A stretch of DNA of 64,000 bases. It comes from an uncultured Enterobacterales bacterium (GTDB lineage Bacteria; Myxococcota_A; UBA796; CAJQPC01). Position numbers and translations under genes: made by a program. The stretch lies in contig CAZSAT010000023.1 in the NCBI GenBank assembly GCA_964604675.1, positions 3,228 to 67,227 of the forward strand, written 5' to 3'. The notes beneath the pieces were generated by a model. That model did not search any database and had not been told where the DNA came from. It saw only the letters and a list, made by a program, of their open reading frames with translations. Every line of letters begins with the position of its first letter. Within the stretch, counting starts at the first letter, position 1. Positions 59,391 to 64,000 of this stretch are shown piece after piece.

Positions 59391-60467
59391 TCAGCGCCGC
59401 GTCGCACCCGGGCGCCAGGCCGGAGCGGCCGAATCGTCGAGCAACGGCGAACGCAGCCAGCCGCCTCGAACCTGCAAGACCCGCTTCAAGCAACGCATCG
59501 AGACTGGCAGCTCCCCCGGCTGCTCACCATCGACATCGAGCAACGGCGGAGCACCTGCGTGCACGGAGGCGTCGAGACGGCGAACCTGGACGCGCACGAC
59601 CCCAGGAATCTTCGCGAGGCTGCCCTCATAGAGCCGCCACCCATGCGCCGCGAGACGGTGCGGCGGCAGGGGCGGAAGCACGGTCAGGTCGAACAGCCCA
59701 TCGTGCAACGTTCCCCCGCGTCCCACGAACATGCCGCCCCCGCAGTAGGCGCCGTTGGCCACGAAGGCGCTCATCAGGCGACCCGACCACGAGCCTGCCT
59801 GGCCTGCGGCGTCCTCCCAGGTCAACGAGACCTCGGGCGGCTCGTAGCTGCCGAGCGCCCCGACCGTGGCCTTCAGGAAGGTTGCGCGGCCGCCGAGTCG
59901 CTTCGACGACGCGTTCGCGCGCCGCACCACCTCGCCGTTGGCGCCGAACCCAGCCACGTTCAGGAAGACACGTTCGCGAACCTGCCCGCCCTCTTCATGA
60001 CGAAGGTGACCGACATCGGTGCGTAGGGTCATGCCGGTTGCAGCGATCCAGAAGGCCTCCTGGAGGGTGCCGGGCGCCAGCAGGCTACGAGAGAGATCGG
60101 AGCCGGTGCCCACGGGGATCAAGCTCAGCACGACCTTCGGGTCGAGGGGACGGTCCCCCTCGAAGAGTCCGTTGACGACCTCGTTGCACGTGCCGTCACC
60201 GCCGACGGACGCCACGAGGTCGGCGCCCGCCGCAACCGCCCTGGCCGCCAGCTCGGAGGCGTGTCCAGGCCCCTCGGTGACCCACACCTCGCCCGTCGCG
60301 AAGCAACGCGACATCGTCTGCTTGACCCGCTCCAAGAGACGACCGCCCTCGCCGGCCTTGGCGCGCGGGTTGAGGATGCACACGATCTGCTCGCTCTCGT
60401 TCCGCATGCGGCGAGCCGGATCCAGATCCGAGGGCGAGGGAACCTTGTAGCGGTACGGGTCGGACAC
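59391..60467 (-). CDS. Diacylglycerol/lipid kinase family protein (YegS/BmrU-like)
   Basis: LNPRA, GGDGTCNEVVNG, PVGTGSD, FLNVAGFG, VANG.Y.GGG, DVDGE. Confidence 0.9.
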   Translation of the reverse strand: MSDPYRYKVPSPSDLDPARRMRNESEQIVCILNPRAKAGEGGRLLERVKQTMSRCFATGEVWVTEGPGHASELAARAVAAGADLVASVGGDGTCNEVVNGLFEGDRPLDPKVVLSLIPVGTGSDLSRSLLAPGTLQEAFWIAATGMTLRTDVGHLRHEEGGQVRERVFLNVAGFGANGEVVRRANASSKRLGGRATFLKATVGALGSYEPPEVSLTWEDAAGQAGSWSGRLMSAFVANGAYCGGGMFVGRGGTLHDGLFDLTVLPPLPPHRLAAHGWRLYEGSLAKIPGVVRVQVRRLDASVHAGAPPLLDVDGEQPGELPVSMRCLKRVLQVRGGWLRSPLLDDSAAPAWRPGATRR

Positions 60468-60504
60468 ACCGCCGCCTATCGCGTGGCTGGTTCCGGAGCC
60501 CAGA

Positions 60505-60593
60505 GCAGCAAGGCCCGGTCACGAGGACCGGGCCTTGGTTGCGGCGAGGTCAGCGGAGGGAACTCCCAACCGGACCAGGTCTCGCGTCTCCGC
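60505..60593 (-). ncRNA. Candidate sigma54-dependent small RNA (~90 nt)
   Basis: The predicted +1 of the sigma54 promoter falls on GCGGAG, which can pair with CTCCGC 35 nt later. It ends in a perfect 12-bp hairpin CAAGGCCCGGTC-5 nt-GACCGGGCCTTG (60509-60537). No convincing ORF. Confidence 0.5.
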
Positions 60594-60603
60594 ACGAAAG
60601 ATA

Positions 60604-60619
60604 TGCAAGGTCGATGCCA
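60604..60619 (-). promoter_or_regulatory. Sigma54 -24/-12 promoter
   Basis: TGGCATC-GACC-TTGCA, near-consensus with exact GG-N10-GC spacing. AT-rich tract upstream; inverted repeat CGACAT-2-ATGTCG at 60708-60721. Confidence 0.7.
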
Positions 60620-60736
60620 AGCTCGGAAAAACCCGCGTATCCACCTGAATTTATAGCGAATACCGTTGACTGTCCGAAGCGAACCGGCGCGTTTGAGCGC
60701 GAAACCACGACATCCATGTCGCGATCGTGAGCAAGC

Positions 60737-61447
60737 TTACGAATCAGCGACCGACAAGGCGTCGGCGAGCAGATCGCTGACGGCCCACGGGCGCTCCTCA
60801 GGGTGAAGGTGACGGCCGCCTTCGATCACGCGCAAGCGTGCACCCGGAGCACCATCAATCGCCTCCAAGACAGGATCGATCGGGTACAGCGGATCGGCAT
60901 CGCCCCACAAGGCCACCACGCCGTCCAGCGAGATGTGGCCCTCGTCGAGCCAGTCGGGAAGTTCGCGCAGCCATCGGGCAGCTCCGGAACGCGACACCCG
61001 GCTGCCCAGGACCGGGTCCGTGAGCATGGCAACGGTGTCGCGGTCCATGACGTAGGGATTGGCCACGGCACGTCGCAAGCCGGCCGATGAGCGCAGCCAC
61101 GCTTGAAACGCGGTAGGCCGGAGCAGCTCAGAGAGGGCGAACTGGGGGATCGATGCGAGAGCGGCGGCGAACGGGTCGAGCCGCGCGATCGGACCGTTCG
61201 TGATCACACGCGTGACGCCTTCGAGCGACAGGACCAGTGGCACGGCGAGCCCATGTCCGAAGACGGCGGAGGCGCCGGAGCGCTCAACCTCGGCTCGGAG
61301 CGCCTCGAGGGCCGCAGGGAGCCCATCGTTCGCCACCGGCGCCAGCCCCACGAGGCGCACATCGGCACCTTCCAGACGAGCTTGAACGCCGCGGAACAAT
61401 GCCGGAGAGAAAGGCGGGCCGGCAACGCAGAGAATCGGAGCGCTCAT
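60737..61447 (-). CDS. Alpha/beta-hydrolase-fold protein lacking the nucleophile Ser
   Basis: FGHGLA where GxSxG is expected; C-terminal LWGDAD...IEGGRHLHPEERP. Confidence 0.7.
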   Translation of the reverse strand: MSAPILCVAGPPFSPALFRGVQARLEGADVRLVGLAPVANDGLPAALEALRAEVERSGASAVFGHGLAVPLVLSLEGVTRVITNGPIARLDPFAAALASIPQFALSELLRPTAFQAWLRSSAGLRRAVANPYVMDRDTVAMLTDPVLGSRVSRSGAARWLRELPDWLDEGHISLDGVVALWGDADPLYPIDPVLEAIDGAPGARLRVIEGGRHLHPEERPWAVSDLLADALSVADS

Positions 61448-61965
61448 GCGTCCCCTTGTTCGATGGCGGGAAGTCGCCAGCCCCCGGAGAGCGTGACCTC
61501 GGCAGCCGCCCGGTCGCCAACGAGGCCAGTCAGCCGCAGGTTCTCGACCCGAAGCTGCTCGTTCATGGCAGCCGCGAGGATCTCCCGAAGCCTCAGGGCG
61601 CGATCGCCATCGGTCACCGCCAGAACGCCGCGCGGGAAGCTGAGGCAGACACAGGGCGTCAGGGCGGCGATCGTTGTGGATCGACGTTGGCCGTCCATCA
61701 CGCCGACGAGCCCGAAGAGCGCGGTGCGCTCCAGCGACGCGACCTGTTCCTGGCTCCCGTTCGGACGCGTTCGTGTGACGCGCGCACGTCCATCGACGAG
61801 CAGGAAGAACGACGACGAGGCTGCTCCCTCGCGACAGATGGCCTGACCTGGGTGGAAGCTCAGCCGCGCCGCGCCACTGGCGAGACGGTCCCGTTCCCGC
61901 TCGGGCAGCATCCCCAGGAGCGGGTGAGCGTCCACCGGGGCGCGGATCTCGGTCGGTTCGGTCAC
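61444..61965 (-). CDS. Stand-alone cyclic-nucleotide-binding domain protein with a divergent pocket
   Basis: HPLL, F.PGQ.I.REG, FFLLVDG, FGLVGVMDGQRRSTT (GL instead of GE). Confidence 0.75.
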   Translation of the reverse strand: MTEPTEIRAPVDAHPLLGMLPERERDRLASGAARLSFHPGQAICREGAASSSFFLLVDGRARVTRTRPNGSQEQVASLERTALFGLVGVMDGQRRSTTIAALTPCVCLSFPRGVLAVTDGDRALRLREILAAAMNEQLRVENLRLTGLVGDRAAAEVTLSGGWRLPAIEQGDA

Positions 61966-62005
61966 CCCCTCCCCTACCGCAGCGCGTCCCTCGGCGCATC
62001 GCGTC

Positions 62006-62539
62006 TCAAAGGCGCCGGAACCAGTCCAGCAGGGTGCGCGGGTCGCGCTGCCGGCGCCGCGGCGGCACGCGCACACCGGCCGGCTGGAGCGCTGCCCGAC
62101 CAATGCGAGCCTCGACACCACGAATGCGCTCGCAGAGCCCTCGACCCAGCTCTCCCAGGAGCCACTCGGCAACAGGGTCCCCGTCGTCGCGCAGCGAAGC
62201 GTAGCTGTCGCGCGAGAGGCGCCAGCAGGAAAGCCCGTCCTCGGCAACGGCACTCGCCGATCGCGGCCGTCCGTCCACGAGCCCCATCTCGCCGACCATG
62301 TCGCCCCGGTACAGTCGAGCCAAGGCGACGCTGTCCATCCTCCCCGAATGCAGCACGAGCACGCTCCCTCGCCGGATCAGGTACGCGGCGTCGGGGTCGT
62401 CTCCTGCCGCGAAGACCACCGCCTGCGGTTCAAAGCTGACCTCGACGGTGTGCTCGATCAGACGATGCAGCTCGGAACGACCGAGCGATCGGGCCGCAGG
62501 AAAGGCCCGCAGGAACTCGCGAAACGAGGGGTGCGCCAC
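62006..62539 (-). CDS. Stand-alone cyclic-nucleotide-binding domain protein
   Basis: VF.AGD..D.AYLI.RG.V, GEMGLVDGRPRSASA canonical phosphate-binding cassette; no HTH. Confidence 0.85.
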   Translation of the reverse strand: MAHPSFREFLRAFPAARSLGRSELHRLIEHTVEVSFEPQAVVFAAGDDPDAAYLIRRGSVLVLHSGRMDSVALARLYRGDMVGEMGLVDGRPRSASAVAEDGLSCWRLSRDSYASLRDDGDPVAEWLLGELGRGLCERIRGVEARIGRAALQPAGVRVPPRRRQRDPRTLLDWFRRL

Positions 62540-62613
62540 CAGCCCATCCTAACGCTGGATGCCTACCGACTCGCAGATTACAGAAGGAGCATCGGCTTCA
62601 GGTACGAGGGACC

Positions 62614-63924
62614 GTGTACGACCTGCTCATCGAAGACGCCACAATCGTCAGCGGACGAGGCCGGCAAGTTGCCGACATCGCCATCAAGAAGGGCCGGATC
62701 GTGTACGTGGGCGCCAGGCCCGCTGGACGGGCCCGTACGCGCATCAACGCCATCGGCAAGTTCGTCATGCCGGGGGTCATCGACACCCACGTGCACTTCC
62801 GTGATCCGGGCCACGCCCAGAAAGAGACCTGGGAGACCGGGAGCCGTGCAGCCGCGTCCTCGGGCGTGACCACGGTCCTGGACATGCCGAACACCAAGCC
62901 GCCCACCATCAAGCGGAAGGCCCTTCGCTCCAAGCGGAAGCGGGCAGCCGCGAACAGCAGGGTGAACTTCGGTCTGTGGGCGGGCGCGACCGCCGACAAC
63001 ATCGACGATCTCAACGCCATGGTCGACGATGGCGCCTGCGGCATCAAGATCTTCATGGGCAACTCGACGGGCACGCTCATGGTGCCCCCCGAGGCGCTCC
63101 AGAGGATCTTCGAGGAGACGCGCGGGCTGATCGGCGTACACGCCGAAGACGAGGAGGAACTGCGCCGGGCGGCGTCCGAGTACCAGGACATCGAGAACCC
63201 GCAACACCACCTGATGCGCCCCGAGAGCGCGGCCGTCGCGGCGGTGAGGCGCCTGATCGAGCTCGTTCGTGCCACGGAACGTCACGTGCACGTCTGCCAC
63301 CTCTCCACCGCGGAGGAGGTACACCTGCTCGACCCGATCGGAGGAAGGCTGCCCATCACGGTGGAGGTGTGCCCGCACCACCTGTTCTTGTCGGTGGAGA
63401 GCCACGGCGAGCTCGGAAACCGCGTGAAGTGCAACCCCCCGGTGCGTCCGGAGTTGGACCGGCGTTCCCTCTGGACAGCGGTCAAGCGCGGTCGGATCGA
63501 CACGATCGGCTCGGATCATGCGCCCCACACGCTCGAGGAAAAGAAATCCAGCTACTGGGAGGCCCCGAGCGGCATCCCGGGCGTCGAGACCACCTTCCCG
63601 CTCATCATGGGTGCGGTGCAGCACGGAAAGCTGAGCCTGGAACGGATGGTGGACCTCCTGAGCGAACGCCCGGCACAGATCTTCGGGCTCAAGAAGAAGG
63701 GCCGCATCGAAGCCGGCGCCGATGCCGACCTCGTGCTCTTCACAGAAGGCCAGGCCCACCGCCTGACCAACGCCGATCTGCTCTGCCAGGTCGGCTGGTC
63801 GCCCTACGTCGGCCGTGAGGTGGCCCCGAAGCCCGACCTCGTGCTGGTCGGAGGCAACATCATCGCGCGCAGCGGCGTGATCGTCGACGATGAGGTCCGG
63901 GGCACGGAGGTCCGCCCCACCTGA
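62614..63924 (+). CDS. pyrC: Dihydroorotase (multifunctional-complex type) / cyclic amidohydrolase
   Basis: DTHVHFRDPG, DMPNT, KIFMG, HAED, HLST, CPHHL, KCNPP, SDHAPH. Confidence 0.88.
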   Translation: MYDLLIEDATIVSGRGRQVADIAIKKGRIVYVGARPAGRARTRINAIGKFVMPGVIDTHVHFRDPGHAQKETWETGSRAAASSGVTTVLDMPNTKPPTIKRKALRSKRKRAAANSRVNFGLWAGATADNIDDLNAMVDDGACGIKIFMGNSTGTLMVPPEALQRIFEETRGLIGVHAEDEEELRRAASEYQDIENPQHHLMRPESAAVAAVRRLIELVRATERHVHVCHLSTAEEVHLLDPIGGRLPITVEVCPHHLFLSVESHGELGNRVKCNPPVRPELDRRSLWTAVKRGRIDTIGSDHAPHTLEEKKSSYWEAPSGIPGVETTFPLIMGAVQHGKLSLERMVDLLSERPAQIFGLKKKGRIEAGADADLVLFTEGQAHRLTNADLLCQVGWSPYVGREVAPKPDLVLVGGNIIARSGVIVDDEVRGTEVRPT

Positions 63925-64000
63925 GCGCCCCGACGGCCCGTCCGTTCGCGCCCGCCTCGAGGATTGAGGGACACCGGACCGCCGGGGCAGGACTCAGTTG

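Overview
High-GC bacterial chromosome segment. It is probably from Myxococcota or a related lineage, inferred from a MYXO-CTERM-like sorting tail, MopE-type Cys/Asp repeats, sigma54-type promoters and the tsaP-dprA and dcw gene context. Most of it is core genome: partial argF, trkA/trkH, tRNA-Glu and tRNA-Lys, purA, a J-domain/TPR protein, xerC, topA, tsaP-like LysM/dprA/smg-like, rimP-nusA-ylxR-infB-DUF503, pal-cpoB, the dcw cluster (mraZ to ftsZ), smpB, VKOR-DsbA, prmA, rsmE, ribA, HU, a lipid kinase and dihydroorotase. Accessory parts are a redox/copper lipoprotein cluster (3.7-10.6 kb), a GT87/LarA/GT2 block, three Tad/Flp minor pilins, a large surface lipoprotein and two cNMP-binding proteins. 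The most notable observations are: (1) a candidate sigma54-dependent ~90-nt small RNA at 60.5-60.6 kb, with promoter, possible enhancer and terminal hairpin all visible; (2) a dcw cluster lacking murG and ftsA that keeps an intact but apparently catalytically degenerate MurB; (3) a pentaheme cytochrome coupled to a multicopper oxidase; (4) recurrent ultra-short lipoprotein signal peptides; (5) MraZ-type boxes on both sides of a cluster of 11 GATC sites; (6) dprA interrupted by an in-frame TAG. No CRISPR array, transposase or rRNA was seen. All calls come from reading motifs by eye and no searches were run. Many long ORFs in the supplied track are shadow ORFs of the high-GC sequence.
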